A stretch of DNA of 64,000 bases from Moniliella sp. 'wahieum' (lineage: Eukaryota): positions 434,001 to 498,000 of the forward strand of contig RSEE01000009.1 of NCBI GenBank assembly GCA_003971905.1, in the 5' to 3' direction. A program made the position numbers and the translations under genes. A model generated the notes under the pieces. That model had not been told where the DNA came from. It did no database searches and saw only the letters and a list, made by a program, of their open reading frames with translations. Below, piece after piece: positions 11,926 through 25,685 of the stretch. Position 1 is the first letter of the stretch. Every line of letters begins with the position of its first letter.

Positions 11926-14900
11926 TTAGGAGAGCTTGGGCTTTTTGCTCGGAAGAGCGGTTGCTTCCGCCTCTTCGGCCGATTCGTCTGCTTCAGCCTC
12001 CGCCTCAGCGTCGGCCCCAGCCTCCTCTTTCCCCTGGTACCTTTACGGGTTGCTGCGCCATCGACATACCCTGGCCCCCTTGAGGAAAATAGGGATCAGC
12101 TTGTGGCATCGCCTTGTGATCTCCTGTACTGTGCGCGACTTCATCCAAAAGTCAAAGCGGAGGAGAGGAGTGATGCGGATCTCTTGGTGAATCCTTTCAA
12201 ACACCTCGGCATCTTGCAGTCCATGCTCGGCCAATTGAAGGAGAAGCCACCTGTCTTGATCGGGCGCGTACCTCTGCCCTTGTTGGATCCATAGGTCAAC
12301 TTGATCTGCCGCAGCGGATCGCTGTACTGCTTCATCTTTGCTCGAAGCAGACGTTCGTCTTCAATTGCCTTGAGCACTTTCGCCTCGCCCTCCTTGATGC
12401 GCCCAGCGATTTTATCCCAGTCTGGTACTCGTCTGGGCCGCGAGACCAAAACTCCTCGCTGTAGCGACGAACCTCCTCCTCCGTCCGCTTATGACGATGG
12501 CCCGACGAGAGTTCCTCGGCGATGGTCGCATGCGCCGCCGTACCGTACTTCTCACTCGCCCGAACAAAGTTCCAAAAGTCACTCTTTGCCAAGTAACGAA
12601 CCCTTGAGTGGCCAACTGCTCCTTTTCCCGCAACTCTTCCTCGTCAGTTCTTCGGCCGAGTCGATGAACGCCTGCTTGCGCATTCGTTCCGCCTCCACCT
12701 CCTCGGCCGTCTGGCCCTCGGCGGCCTCCTGACGTGGTACACGGAACCCCAAGCTGCGCTGAAACGCAGCAACCTCCCTCTTCTGAAGTTCGAGGAGGCG
12801 CTTGGGGAAGAACTGGAAGAAGAGGTCTGAACTTGTTTCGGTGGCTTGGGCACCTTAACCGTGGCAGCCTTCGGTTGGTACTTGGGTCGCCAGCACCATA
12901 GTACTCGGTGTAGTTGGTGCGCCTCTCCCGCTTGGTGGGTTCCATCCACAACTTGTTGAGTGCTTCCTCATCCGCCTCGTCCTCGGCTGTCTGAGTGGTC
13001 CAGTCGGGCCGTTCGCCATTCTGGATCGAGTTGAGCACATCAATGCCCACGTCTTGGTAGCGTGCTTGAAGCGCCGCCGTGCGCTTCTCGCCATCGGCAA
13101 TAATGTTGTCAATGTTCTCGTCAATCAACATGCCTCCTTCGCCACTGATGATCTTGTCTGCTCCATGTTTGATCGCATCCACCAGATCCTCCTTGTTCTG
13201 CTGTGCCTTCTGCTTCTCTTGATGCCGACCCTGCTGGATGACGAGCTGGTCCAGACGCAACTTCTGCGTCGCTCGCTCCAGCACACGCTCTTCGACCGTG
13301 TGCTCAGTGACAAAGCGGAAAACATACACTTGCTTGGTCTGGCCAATGCGGTGGGCACGGTCCATAGCCTGCAAGTCCGCTTGTGGGTTCCAGTCCGAGT
13401 CATACAGCACCACCACATCGGCCGTGGTGAGGTTGATGCCCAGGCCGCCAGCACGGGTGGTGAGAAGGAAGATGAATTTGTTGCTGTCGGTGCGTTGAAC
13501 TCATCAATCGCTGCCACCCGCTCCTCGTGCGCGGTACTGCCATCGATGCGGGAGTACTCGTACTCACGACGCAGTAATCCGACAGAAGTCAAGCATCCTG
13601 CCCATTTGGGAAAAGATGAGAACCCTAGACCCTTTTTCCTTCATTCGAGCCAACAGTTTGTCCAGGATTACCATCTTGCCCGCATTGTCGATCAAATGTT
13701 GCTCGTCTTCCATCCCCTCGGGCTCGGCACCTTCAAAGAGGTAGGGGTGATTGCAGCACTTGCGCAGCTGCATCACAATGTTTTGCAGGCGCGACTTGCC
13801 TTCTTTGCGGGCATTGAGACCCCGTCACGGCATCCACATCCTTTTCAACAACGCCTTGTACCACGTCCGCTGCATCTCGGTCAGGCCAATAAACAAGTTG
13901 ATCTCCTTCTTGGGCAACAGACTTTTCTCCACGTCGGCCTTGACACGGCGAAGGAGAAAAGGACGCAAAACCTTGTGGAGTTGCTTGACGATCGCATCTT
14001 GCTCTTCGGCCTTGGCCTCTGCCCCTCCCTCTCCTTCCTTTTCCGCCGTCTTGCCCGCGAACCAATTTTCGAAATCGGAAGCATCGCTGAAACATCAGGG
14101 AGAAGGAAGTTAAGCAGCGCCCAAAGTTCCATCAAGTTGTTCTGCAGCGGTGTGCCAGTAATGAGCAGGCGGCCGTGCGAATCAAATGCACGCACAATCT
14201 GGGACAGCATGCTGTTGGCATTCTTGATCCGATGTGCCTCGTCAATCACAATGTACTCCCACGACAGGCGCAGGAGCGAACCCTTCTCCTTAAGGCACAT
14301 CTCATACGTCGTAATCAGGACATCAAACTTTTCGGCCAGTACCCGCTCCCGCAAAATCTGCCGTCGCTCTTCCTTGTCCCCTTGGAGAACGACAGTTTGG
14401 AAACCGGGAACCCACTTGTCAAACTCGCGTCGCCAGTTGTTCAGCGTTGACTTGGGAACGACCACGAGATGGAAGCCTGGTTTGTTGCACACGTACTTGA
14501 GGTAACCGAGAAAGGAGATCGTTTGCACGTCTTGCCCAACCCCATCTCGTCAGCGAGAATGCCATTGATGCCGTGGTGGTAGAGCGAGCTGCACAATGCT
14601 TCATGGTTAGCAGGTCGTCTCTCAAGAGGAAAAAAAAGCAACTGAACAGGGACTCACATCATCCAATTCAACCCGTCAATCTGTACGCGCGCTTGACCTC
14701 CTTTCACATACCCAGGCGACTGCTCAAAAACGAACGCGTCATCTTCGTCCTGCTCGAACAACCCTTCGTCGTCATCCACGCCACTCCGACGACGTCCGCC
14801 GCGGGCCGACTTGGTGCGCCACCACCGCGGGTTGACGCGACATTTTCAAGCAAAGCGGCAAAGCAGGATCCTTGGACTTTTTCATGTCGATAAAGTGCTG

Positions 14901-15322
14901 GAACAGTTCCGTTGCCCGAGCAGGTAGCGAAACCGTTTGACCGAGTCGGCGAGACGAGCCTTGCGCTGCTGCATCCGCTTCGCGTCGCGGGGGGGAGAAT
15001 GAGGGGCCCAGCCTCGGTGTCGGCACCGGAATTGGAAGCGGAATCCGAGTCGTCCGGCGACGCTTCGCGTTCGCGGGGGGAAGGGGGGACTGGATCCCCG
15101 AGGCAGATGCAGACGCGGTCTCTGACGCGGATGCGCGTGTGGATGGGCCGGAGGCGGAGGCGGGGGCCGAGGGTTGTTGGCGGTGTGGAGGAATGCGGGC
15201 GGAGGTGCGGGTGGCACGCACGGGTCGGGAGGAGACGGGGGGGGTGTCGGGTGGGTCGGGCTCCGTGGTGGGGCGGTAGGTGTGGGAGGCGGAGCGTGTG
15301 CGGGGGGGTTGCGTCGCGTCAT
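11926..15322 (-). CDS. ISW2: ISWI-family chromatin-remodelling ATPase (SNF2 helicase + HAND-SANT-SLIDE)
   Basis: [75 protein letters not shown]-like IEEGEAK and [18 protein letters not shown]. Intron at ~14590-14655. Many indels. ISW1 vs ISW2 orthology cannot be resolved here. Confidence 0.93.
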
Positions 15323-15889
15323 GGCGGGGGGCGGAGGAGCGAGGGTGGTGGTGGTGGTGGTGGTGGCAAGAACAAACGGGGCGGGCTGGGGCGGCTGGGC
15401 AGCTGGTTAGGGTCTGCCACGGCAGATCGGCCGCGGGGGAGGACAGGACCGGCTGCATCCATGCATCCCGGCCAGAGCCGCAGGCGCCCAGGAGAAAAGA
15501 AAAGAAAGCACAGCGGCCGACCCGCAGGTCTTAGATCCCGCCTCCAAACACGAGCAGCCCTTCCGCCTGCCGCCTCCGCCTGCGGCTGCGCACTGCCCCG
15601 TGCCTGTGCTGCCTGGCACCTCTCCCGCCTGCCAGCCTCAAGCTTCCCTTGGCGCCTGGGATCCGCAGAGCTCCCGGCCCGCTCCTCCAACCCGCCGCCG
15701 CCCCTCCCTGTCGCCTCTGCCGGCCCCCTCCTGTCGCCTCTGCCCCGGCCCCTCTGGCCGCGTCCCCAGACGCCGTCGGGCGGCGTACGAACAAGCTGGC
15801 GCGTACAGAGAGCAAGGGTCAATGCACTGCGCCGCTGCCCCAGACGAGACCCAGATCCACTGCGCTGGCACTAGGCACGCCGGCTGGCT

Positions 15890-16160
15890 GCTGAGCGCTC
15901 AGCCTGAGCCTGAGCCACGCGTACGCGTGAACGCGTGCACGCGTGAACATTGAACGTTCAAGTTGAACCGAGCTAAACCTTACCCCCGCCTGCGCCAGCA
16001 CACTGCCCCTGTGCTGCTCTTCGGGGTGGGTTGTGGCTATAGTAGGTGCTGCGTTCAAGGTTCAAGCGTCAAGCTTACGCCCTTCCAACCCGCGCTGGTC
16101 GGTATTCTACACTGCCTCCCATATTCAGGCTGTGCTGAGCTGAGCCGCTGAGCGAAGGTG
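15890..16160. repeat. TNA+palindromic 4-mer arrays upstream of ISWI
   Basis: TGA gcgc TCA gcc TGA gcc TGA; cgcg TGA acat TGA acgt TCA agt TGA. Confidence 0.65.
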
Positions 16161-16432
16161 TGTCGCTCAACGTTCGTTACAGTCAGCGTCCCCCGTCTGC
16201 CCCCCCCTCTCTGGCCAGCACTCCCCTGTATTGGCATCCACACTCGTATACGCGCCATACTCACATCACAACTATCCACTCGCCTGTCATATGATCTCAC
16301 CCTTGCCCAGCCCAGCCAGTGCATCCCCTCTTTAACGCGACCTCACGTCGTCCCGCTGCGATCCAATCAACCACACACCCCTACACGTTTCTGTGCATGC
16401 ACACGGCGGTACATCGTCCAGCCCGCTCCTGC

Positions 16433-18301
16433 TCATTCATAGCAACTCCACCACCTCTCCATCACGCAACCGAACCAGCCGGTCGGCCGAGGCAACCCAC
16501 TCTGCCTCGTAATGCGAGACGAGGACAACAGCCGTTCGTTGGCGGCACAGCGCATCTTGCGTCTTTGCCTCCTCTGACGTTCCAACCGCAACGGGTCTGC
16601 CCCCGGCCCAAGCCGCATGGCATGCACATACGCCCGTACCCGTGCCACCTGGCGTGCGTCCATGCCTTGAAACGGTTCGTCTAGCATCAACAGTTCCGGC
16701 TGGCGCACCACCGCACGCAGGAACAGCACCACCGCCTGGCTGCCCGGCGTAAGTGCAGAAAAGTCAGCGTGAGCCACGTGAGAGACGGAGGCGGGCACAT
16801 CGCCAGTTCGTGGGAGTAGGACATCGTAAAACAAGCTCAATAGCTCCTCGATGCGTTCCCTCTGTTGCTCCGTCAAGCTTCGCGCCGCGAAAATCCCCCA
16901 CCATCCTGACCCGATCGCCTGTTCGACCGTCATCCCGCCCCGGGCCACAGCACGGCGCGGGAAGGCATTGAACAGTTCGGGACTAAAGTGCCCCACGCGC
17001 GTACGCAAACGGACCGTAGCATTCTCCGCGTCGGCCCGCGCTTTGCCAAACAGCGTAAGGCGCTCGGCGGGCAAAGCATAGGATTGCGGGTGGTCCCCCA
17101 ACAAGAGCGCCAGCAACGTCGTCTTCCCACTGCCATTGTCCCCCACCAGGATGGTGTGACTTCCTGGCTCAAGGCTAAAGGAGACGTTGGTCAAGACTTG
17201 TTTCGTGGGATAGGATATGGTCACTTGATCCAGCCGCACCACGGGATCTGTTTGCTCGGTCGTGCGCACCGACGCACGCGCCTTGACCAGTACCCGCCCT
17301 TTTCCGCTCCGGGGGCGGAGGAAGGACCAAGGTCTTTTTCCTTGGGGCCCACATGAACAATTTGCCCATCGTCCCCGATCCGGATGAGGTGGGTGATAAA
17401 CTCGGGGATCGAATCCTGGGGCGGAGGACAAGGAAGATCCGCGGGTCGCGGTTCTGATGAAGATGTTGAAGCAATTCGGACACCTGGGAACGGGTGGGCG
17501 GATCCAACCCCGTGAACGGTTCTTCCAAAATGACCACTTTGCCGCCCTTGAGCAATGCGGCCAGGATCCGAGCTCGCCGGGTCTGGCCATTGGACAGAGC
17601 GATCAACGGTCGCTCTAGCAGTTCCTTGCCAAGGAACAACAATGCCCCATTTCGCGTACTTTTTCATCTGCCGCAACCGCTTGCTCAATCGCCGCCTGCT
17701 TGGCCGCCTCCGAGGGCCACTTGAACATGCCCTGCTATCCTCCGGGGAGAGAGCGGGTCGGGCCGAAGCAGGGAATGCGCGACATTGCCCACAGCCACCC
17801 CCAACTCTTTCATCAACGACTCGTACAACGTCAACTTATCCTCGTCGCGAATCGCACCGTAGCGCACCGAGTAATCCACAAACCCTTGGGCCGCGCCGCT
17901 GAGGCGGGTTTGAAAACGTGCAGAGCTGCACCGCCTGCGTCGCTTCCTGGCCCGTACCACGCAAAAAGGGTGGGTTACTTTCACTCCAACCGGCCTGCTT
18001 GTCCGCCCCAAAAGGAGGCGGGTGAGTGCGGAGCGAATCTCCCTGCGCCTTCGGTCGCAGGACCGACCAGGGCCCACGCTTCCTTCTTCCCCTTATCCTG
18101 AACCTCAACAGGTGGATCGAATGCCAATTGGCCCGTGGGGTACGAAGCGAGCTCTCGGGCTGTCCTTCGAGTCGGAACAGCGCCGGGCTCCAAGGGGAAA
18201 GAGGGTGCTCAGCAGGCGAATTGAGGCCTGGGCCGGAACCCGGGTATTGCCAGCGCGGCACGCACATTCGACGTGAAAAACGGACGAGATATGGCTCTCA
18301 T
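16433..18301 (-). CDS. Soluble two-NBD ABC ATPase of the ModF / yeast YDR061W type
   Basis: LSNGQTRRARI signature, ILEEPFTGLD, Walker A VGDNGSGKTTLL, LGDHPQSY, GHFSPEL and LDEPFQGMD. No transmembrane segments seen. Confidence 0.85.
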
Positions 18302-18750
18302 TTTGTTCGTTTGGGAGGGGGGAGGGAGCTAGCCGGAGAGGCGGGTGGTGGTCGAGATGCCGGCAAAAGCCTGTTGACGGCGTCCTTGATCAGCGACAGC
18401 GACGCCTTAGTAACTGGCCTCCCCTTTTGTCTCGCAACCTGGCCAGCAGCTTATTAGTGTGCCGCCCGGCCTTTTGTCCGCCGCGGGGAAAGTCCAAAGT
18501 AGCTCCGCCTACCAACCATCTCCGAGCTCTGTGATGAACATTGCAAGTATCGTCTACTCCGAGCCCACATTTCACGTTTCACTTTTGCAATGTCCGTCGA
18601 CCACGTGGAGGGCCAAGCGCGAAGCCACCTCAGTTCACTTTACCGCAGCTGAGCCCCAGCTTGCGGGCTTCTTTACGCCAAGCTCACACCCTCTTCTCCC
18701 CCGTCGAGCCGTTGAGGTTGAGCGTGTTGCGCATTGCCCATCTGTTCACC

Positions 18751-20094
18751 ATGTCCAGCTCGACGGTTTGGCCGCTCTTGTTGCTCCTTGCTGCGATCCC
18801 CTTAGGACTGTTCTATGCACAGCGGCGCGCCACCGCGCCCGCGCTCAGCAAGTCCCAGAAGAAGAAAGAGGCGTCTAGCGGCCAAGCGGGCCAGCGTTGC
18901 GCCACCCTCGATCCCCGACAAGCCAGAAGCTGGCTGGGAAGAAGAACTGCCCAAACCAAAGGGAAAGAAGAACAAGCACAAGAAAAAGTCGACTGCCGCT
19001 GGGCCAATAGCAGGAACGTTGGATCCAGATACGTCTTCAACTCCTGCGTGGCGCCTGGTGCCTTCCCTACTGCCCTTGCGCCTTCCTCTTCACCCCCCCC
19101 TGCCCCTGTCCCGCACCCCACCTCCCTCGCGACGGAAGGGGTGGCAGACCTCACGGTCGGGAAAGACGAAGCGCTCCAAAAAGACACCCCTCAAGCCTAG
19201 CGAGACCAAAAAGGAAGAGGCACCTGTTCCTTCGCATGCACCTGCACCTGCACCTGCCACGCCCCTTGCTCCACCCTCTGTTCCCGCAGTCCAAGAGGAG
19301 CCATTGATTGGGGCGGAGATACTCAACCGAGCTGGACAGCGGACGCGGCCTGGGACAAACGTCGAGACGCAGGAGCCCACTTCCGGGCGTGATTCGGAGG
19401 AAGAGGAGGAAGACAGCGACGTGGAGGAGGAACAAGACGAAGTTCAGTTTCTGTCAGCGCGGGCGGGCGAAGCCAAACGCGGGGCCGGACGGACGACGGG
19501 GCGGGGCAAAAAGACCAAGCCAGCGGCGCAGCTGCATCCCTCAGAATTTTCGCGCCGCCGCCGGTGGCGGTGCGTCCAGCAGCAGCCCCAGCCGAGTGGG
19601 AAAGTGTACCTACGCGCGGAACGCGCGCCAGTGCCCCTCTGGCAGCTCGAGCAACTCTGGGTCGGCGCCTCGGTTTTCCAGCCGCAACGCATTTGCCATG
19701 TTGCCCGAGGAAGGCGAGGCTGCCCAAGGGTCCCCGCGCGGTCCGGCCCGGGTGATCAAGATTGGCTCTGCTTCGCATTCGCCGACCCAGAGCGTGCAGC
19801 GGGCCAGGGCCCTCCCCCCTCTGAGCCGACCAAGAAGCAGAGACAGAATGCGGCCAAGCGGGAAGCGGCCAAGCTGGCCCGGGAGGAGGCAGAGAAGGAC
19901 GGGTAGCGGCATTGGCGGCGCATCGAAGGGCTCGGGCGGCGCCAGTACCCCCCAAGAAAACGGGGTTTGCATCCGCAGCCAATAAGCCGCTGGATCAAGC
20001 CACCTTGCTCCGTCTTGCTCAGGGTTCGAGGAGGCAGCCATCCAATGGCCAGCGCGCTCAGGTCGATTCGCGGGGGAACTTGATCTGGGAGTAG
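18751..20094 (+). CDS. Hypothetical protein with N-terminal membrane anchor and Lys/Arg-rich disordered body
   Basis: MSSSTVWPLLLLLAAIPLGLFYAQRR, EPTKKQRQNAAKREAAKLAREEAEK, ending RGNLIWE*. Frames joined across indels. Confidence 0.7.
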
Positions 20095-20372
20095 GTCGAA
20101 TGGCAATGAATCGTATCCGTTTTCACTTCAACCTTGTTGATTGATTGAATTGGATAGATAAGCGCTAAGCGTCCCTAGAGCAAGGCTGCAGGGCATGACC
20201 TTTGTGGCTGGGGCTCCTCACCTAGAAAAGGTTGAAGCAACCCGAATATTGATTCAAACACTCAGTTATTGAGAACGCAAGAAAGAGAGGAGGAAGAAAT
20301 GGTGAAGAGAAACGAAGAGGGCCAAAGAAAGCCAAGATGTTTGCACAGGCGTCACATGGCTGCGTGGCGCAA

Positions 20373-21445
20373 TGATTAATCAAGCTTCAAGCTTCAAGCC
20401 TTGAAGCTTGTTGCTTTACTTGGAAAGGGCTTGTTTTTTATCGCATGGTACGTGGTGCCCCCTGGCGCCCCGCACCGCAACTCCTGTCCTCGATTATCGT
20501 CGTCGCAAGGAAGGGACCGAAATGTGAAAGCGGCGTGAGGGGATCAACCATCCGTCCACTCACTGTGGTGGCCCAGTGGAAGAAGAATAGCATGATTGAG
20601 CCTCAGTCTGAGGCCTCAGAGCCTCAGGGTCATTAAGGTCATTGCCCAATCTCTCCTCCCGCAAAATGAGTGAAGGAACTTAATGCACTTAATGGCTGGT
20701 AACCGGCAAAGCAATAATATGGCCTAAGGCCCAAGGCCTAGTGAAATGCCATATAGCTTAAACAGGCCTAAAAAGCGACAACGCGGTCCGCACAATCATG
20801 TAACCCACAGGCCAGAGAGCTAGGGAAGGCTAGGGGCTGTCGTGGCGCCACACTGGTGGAGTGGCGCTGGTAGCGCAAGCCCGGATCCTTGCGGTATACC
20901 TTCCAGGATTCCTGGAGGGCAGGATGCAGGAATGCTCCTAGCCTCTCTGTAATAGTTCCTGCGCTGAGGGGCAATGCAATCCACCCCCAACTGCCTGCTC
21001 TCTGGCCTTCTACAACGATGGAATGGTTGAAGCGGTGGACTAATGGGGTGGGGCAAGTGGACGAGCGACGCTGGCCAGCAATGATCAGATTCAGATCTCA
21101 GAGGTTTGGAGGCAGATGCCCCCCCCGCCGGTTGCCTACTGCAGTTGCTGCGGTGTTGCACGAACTCCGCAGGACGATCGGCAGCACGAGGACACAGGCG
21201 CCGTGTGGTGGTTGAAGTAGCTGCCCCCCGCCACATTGTGACCCGAGGAAGGATCGGCATTCGGTTTGCCCTTGCAGCCCCAACGCGCACGCGTGCCTGG
21301 CGTTGCAGCTGTCCCATGTATCATCGACCACCGGCATCGACCATCGACCATCGACATCCGTCCCGTGCATCATCGGCATCATGTATCATGCATCCTAGCA
21401 TCATGCATCACTGCATCGTGCCGTGCACTGCCGTAACCGCGTAAC
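20373..21445. repeat. TNA+palindromic 4-mer arrays upstream of the SEL1 gene
   Basis: 20373 TGA ttaa TCA agct TCA agct TCA; ~20608 TGA ggcc TCA; ~21379 TCA tgta TCA tgca TCC tagca TCA tgca TCA. Confidence 0.7.
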
Positions 21446-22158
21446 CCTGCCGTGCATGCAGCCTGCGCCAAGGGGAAGACAAGCACGGGACGGCAGCAGC
21501 AGGGCGTTGGCTGGGAAAGCCGATCGATTGGCACTCTCCGCCGTGGGAGGGGCAGCATGGGGCCAGTGTCGATGGGAAGTGTGACAATGCGGCGCGCGAT
21601 CTGTGATGGTGGGTGAATACGTTGAATGGTGAATCGCTTTAAGCACTGCTCGGGCCCGGCGCAGGACGGGTGCTGGGCGTGTCGATGGAAGAAGATGCAC
21701 GTTCGATGCACGGGGGCCACTGGCAGCCACCGGGGCCAACCGCGGGCGCAGCCGCCTGCAGCAGGTGGCCAGAGCAGTGCTCGCCAGTCGGATGTGCGGG
21801 GGCATGGCGCCAGAGTGTGCCTGCCTCGGCTGCTGCGGCAGCTGCGGCTGGTGGGGAGAACTCCCCCCCTGGTGTTTATCGTTTACTATTGGGCGTTGGC
21901 ACCAGGCGTTGCGCCCTTAGGCCTTAGGCCTGACGCTCAGGCCGTTAGCACAGGCTCAGATCCTCCTCGGCACCGCATGGCGGCCTGCAAACACCGATCA
22001 TCAGCATTCTTCATTCATCCAAGACGCTGCGTTGTCCATTCCGTGGGAAGCCACCGCGCCACCTTCTATTTTGCAGCAGCCAGCGCGTCTTCCCTCCAGC
22101 TGCCTCTCTCTTCTCCCCATCCCCACCACACTCTTTTGTCCTGCGCCCCCCCACCACC

Positions 22159-23786
22159 ATGGCCGCCCCCGCCGTTGCCTCTGCCATGCCTATGGCCAAC
22201 TCCCCCCCATCGCCCGTCCGCAGCCCCGGCCCAATAGCTTCTATGTCCAACCGTCGCCTGGCCCAACTTCCATGCCCCAACCCCCCGTGTCGCCCCACCG
22301 GTCACCTGCCAGCACCGCTACCCCGTCTCTTTCCGGCGCGAGGGACCAGGAGCCTAGCCCAACCTCCCCCTCGCCCCCCAAGCAGCAGCGCGGCCGTGCC
22401 CCGCGCCCCGCATTGACCATCCCAGTCCGTGGCGCTACGCTCTCCCCTCCGTCTGCTCCCGTCTTGTCTCCTCCCTCTCCCAAGTACGGTCGAGGACGAG
22501 CAGCACGGTCGGCAGTCTACCCTCAACGCCTTCTCTCCCCGTCTCGCCAGCCTAATGTTCCATCAAAGTAGTCTGCTTCTCCAGCCGGGCGACCAGGCCG
22601 CGCGCTTGAGCCACGACAAGACGTTGGCGCTTTACCGTCAAAACGCAGCCAAAGTGCAAGATCCCAATCTGATGTACGAGCTGGCGGTCCTCATGGTTGA
22701 GACTGCGGCCACCTGCGAACCGAGTGAGCAGCCAGAGGTGCTCAAAGAGGCAATGGCGCTGTTGCGCAGATCTCGGACCGCGGTCATGCGGAAGCGCAGT
22801 ATTTCCTTGCCGATTGTTATGTCCGCGGCCTGGGCAATGGCAAGGCGCAGTACGACAAGGCATATCCCCTTTATGTGTTGGCCTCCAAACATGGCCATGC
22901 TCATGCGGCCTATTGTGCTGCTCAACTTACCGAAAAGGGGCAGGCGTGATGCAAAGCAACCACAAAGCCCTCCGGCTCTTTCGCAAGGCCGCCGCCGAGG
23001 GCCACCCTGGCGCCATGTTCCGCCTCGGCACTGCCGAACTCAATGGCGACCTGGGGCTCAGCAAGAACGCCAAAGGTGGCGTCAAGTGGATCAAGTTGGC
23101 GGCCGATCTGGCTACAGAGGAGTACCCCGAGGCGGTGCACGAACTGGCTATGCTTCACCAACGCGGGATTGACAATGTGGTGTTTTGGATCATGGATACG
23201 CATGCCAACTCCTGACCCGGGCCGCGCAATTGGGCTACGCACCAAGCGCGTACAAGATGGGTTTGAACTACGAGTACGGCCGGATGGGGTGCACGCCCGA
23301 ACCCGGCTTGTCGATTCATATGTACAACATTGCCGCGCAAAAGGATCACGCGGAAGCATGCTTTGCCCTGTGGGGGTGGTACCTCGTGGGAGTCCCTGGT
23401 ATTCTGCCCCAGTCCGATACAGAGGCTTACCTCTGGGCCAAGAAGGCGGCAGAGCAGGGGCTGACCAAGGCCGAGTATGCCGTAGGCTACTTTTCCGAGA
23501 CTGGGGTCGGGGTGCAGAAGGATGCGGCGCATGCAAAAGCATGGTACGCGCGCGCGTTGCAGCATGGTGACAAACGGGCTAGTAGCCGGCTGCACAATCT
23601 TGGCCACGTTGCCGCCGCCCCGCTCTCTCCTCCCGCCTCTCATGCCGTTCACACCGCTTCCCAAGGGGGAACAACGTACACTGTCCTACTGCGCCGCCGC
23701 CCCGCGCTTCGTCTCCTCTTCCCCGCTTGGCAGCTCGCGCGCGCTCCCACAGCCCCGTGGGAAAGCTGAATTGGTTCCGATCTTGA
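22159..23786 (+). CDS. SEL1-repeat protein, chitin synthase activator Chs4/Skt5/Ack1 family
   Basis: LALYRQNAAKVQDPNLMYELA, FRKAAAEGHPGAMFRLG, AAQLGYAPSAYKMGLNYEYG, WYLVGVPGILPQSDTEAYLWAKKAAEQGLTKAEYAVGYFSETGVG. Confidence 0.88.
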
Positions 23787-24778
23787 AGTTTGACCAACAC
23801 ACGTTTCCTTGCTTCTCTACCCCCCACACTCATTTGTGCTCTGCTGCGCTTTGTCTCGCTGCCTTCAGGTTTCTCCCGCTGGGAGGTTTTTAGTCTCCGT
23901 GTTGCCTCCTCCCTTAACTTGGATCCCAGATCTATAGGATCTCATCTCTGTATTGTCGATTTCGGACCCACTCGCCCCTCCCTCCCTCCCTCTGCATTCA
24001 CTTCGCACCCTTTTTTATGGCCATGTCACCTTCCTCATCTTCATCATATGCCTGACCCACCATGTTATAGCGCCTACCCAGTGAAGATGGAAGTTCACCT
24101 GTAGAAAATGTTCCACCCTACATCTGCGGGTCCCCCGTTCCCCCATTGGCATACCCCATTTCTCTGTCACTTACCTTCTGTTGCGATTTGCTAGTTTTGT
24201 TTTCGCTCTCGTCGAGCTCGGGGAGGAACCTCGATGGAGGATTGTTTTTCGAACATGTCGATCCGGTTCTCAGGCACTGCTTTTGTGCGGTACATTCGTT
24301 TGTCCATATATACTCGGTATGTCCTAGTAGTAGTGGTACACCACGTTCCAAATCCACCATTTATTCTTTGTTTGGACGAAAAGAGACAGGGACAGGATTC
24401 AATGGAAGGACCAGCGAGTCCCTCCCCCCATTCTATAGTTGGTTCCATCTGCACCGAATGACGCCTGGGCAGACAGATATTCTCGCACCAATATACCGCC
24501 CATAAGCGTTTCTCCCACCAGGATATCTTCAGTAGAAAAACAGGTAAACCACATCCGGATCCGTAGCAGCTCTGCCCACATTTCGACATGAAGCCGGACA
24601 ACGAGGGGAACGAATCCAAGATGGAGTTAACTCGGGGGTGCCGATCCGGATAGGCTGGGCGAGACGGAACTGCAGTTTCTGATATGAAGGATTTTTCCTC
24701 TGCGAGAGAAGCAGCGCCATACTGTGATGTATGATACCTCGTCATGATATTGACCAGATCAACACTGTGGTCTTGCTC

Positions 24779-25685
24779 TTAGGCCCTAGTGTCCGGGATG
24801 CGGAACCGCTCCATAAGGCTATTGATGACCGTTCCGACGCGCCGCTCAATGTCCGTTAATTCTGTGATGCGGTCCATCAGGGCATGCTCGCGACGCACGG
24901 CCTGATCGGAAAACGTTTCCAATTGTACACGTATTAACCTATCGTTCTGTTGGAGGCGGCGTGGAATTCACTCCTGAGGATGGTTAGGGAGTTCCGACAT
25001 TCATCACGCAGACTTTGAATCTCTTGCACCCAGGCTTCCCGCTCACGTTGATCCATGGAATTCCGCACACCGCCAGTGGCACGGGCGTGGCCTTGTGCGT
25101 TGCCTGCGTTATCTTGATCAACATCTTTTGGATCAGTTGCCTGTGCGCCTTCATCGTTATCTGCCGCTGTTTCAGGGACCGTCTGGATGCGGGCGGGGGG
25201 CCGAGGCCGGATGGCGGGGGCTCGTCCACGTCCGACTCGTCCATTTGGGCTGCCTGACGACCTCGCTTTTTCTTGGTGGTGTGGGTGTGGGCTGCACCGG
25301 CGATATTGCTGCGTCGGCGAGAGGTGCTCGTTCTCTGTTGGACGCATTCTGCGTGGGAGACCCAGGGGGCGATCCAGAGGGGGGCCCAAGGGGCAATTCA
25401 GGGGAGGCCACGTCTGACATATTCAATGTCAGACGGGTCAGCAGAGATGGTTATCCGCGCTCGCCGGTTAGAACCGGCTGAGGTCGTGCTGGCGTGCTGG
25501 CGCGCAGATTCCTCGGACCATGCCCGCTGCAGTGTGAAGTATTCCAGCGTGCCTATCGCACGCGACCCACTGTGCCCCGTTGTACACTGGTGACGTCGGA
25601 TGTCCCTGTGTCGAAAAGCCGAGTACTGTGGGTATCGACCACATCCGGTGCACATCCAATAGGGGGTGGGATTCTCGCGAGGCAT
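24779..25685 (-). CDS. Orphan protein: N-terminal C2H2-like zinc finger, disordered linker, C-terminal coiled coil
   Basis: MPRENPTPYWMCTGC-x16-HQCTTGH, then an acidic/Pro linker, then EREAWVQEIQSLRDECRNSLTILRSEF...REHALMDRITELTDIERRVGTVINSLMERF. Frames joined across several indels. Confidence 0.5.

Noticed and set aside
13054..14505. Long plus-strand ORF (also 57986-58900, 61159-62082 and 1255-2256 on the opposite strands of real genes)
   Set aside because: Antisense shadows of codon-biased, GC-rich real genes, with no recognisable motifs.
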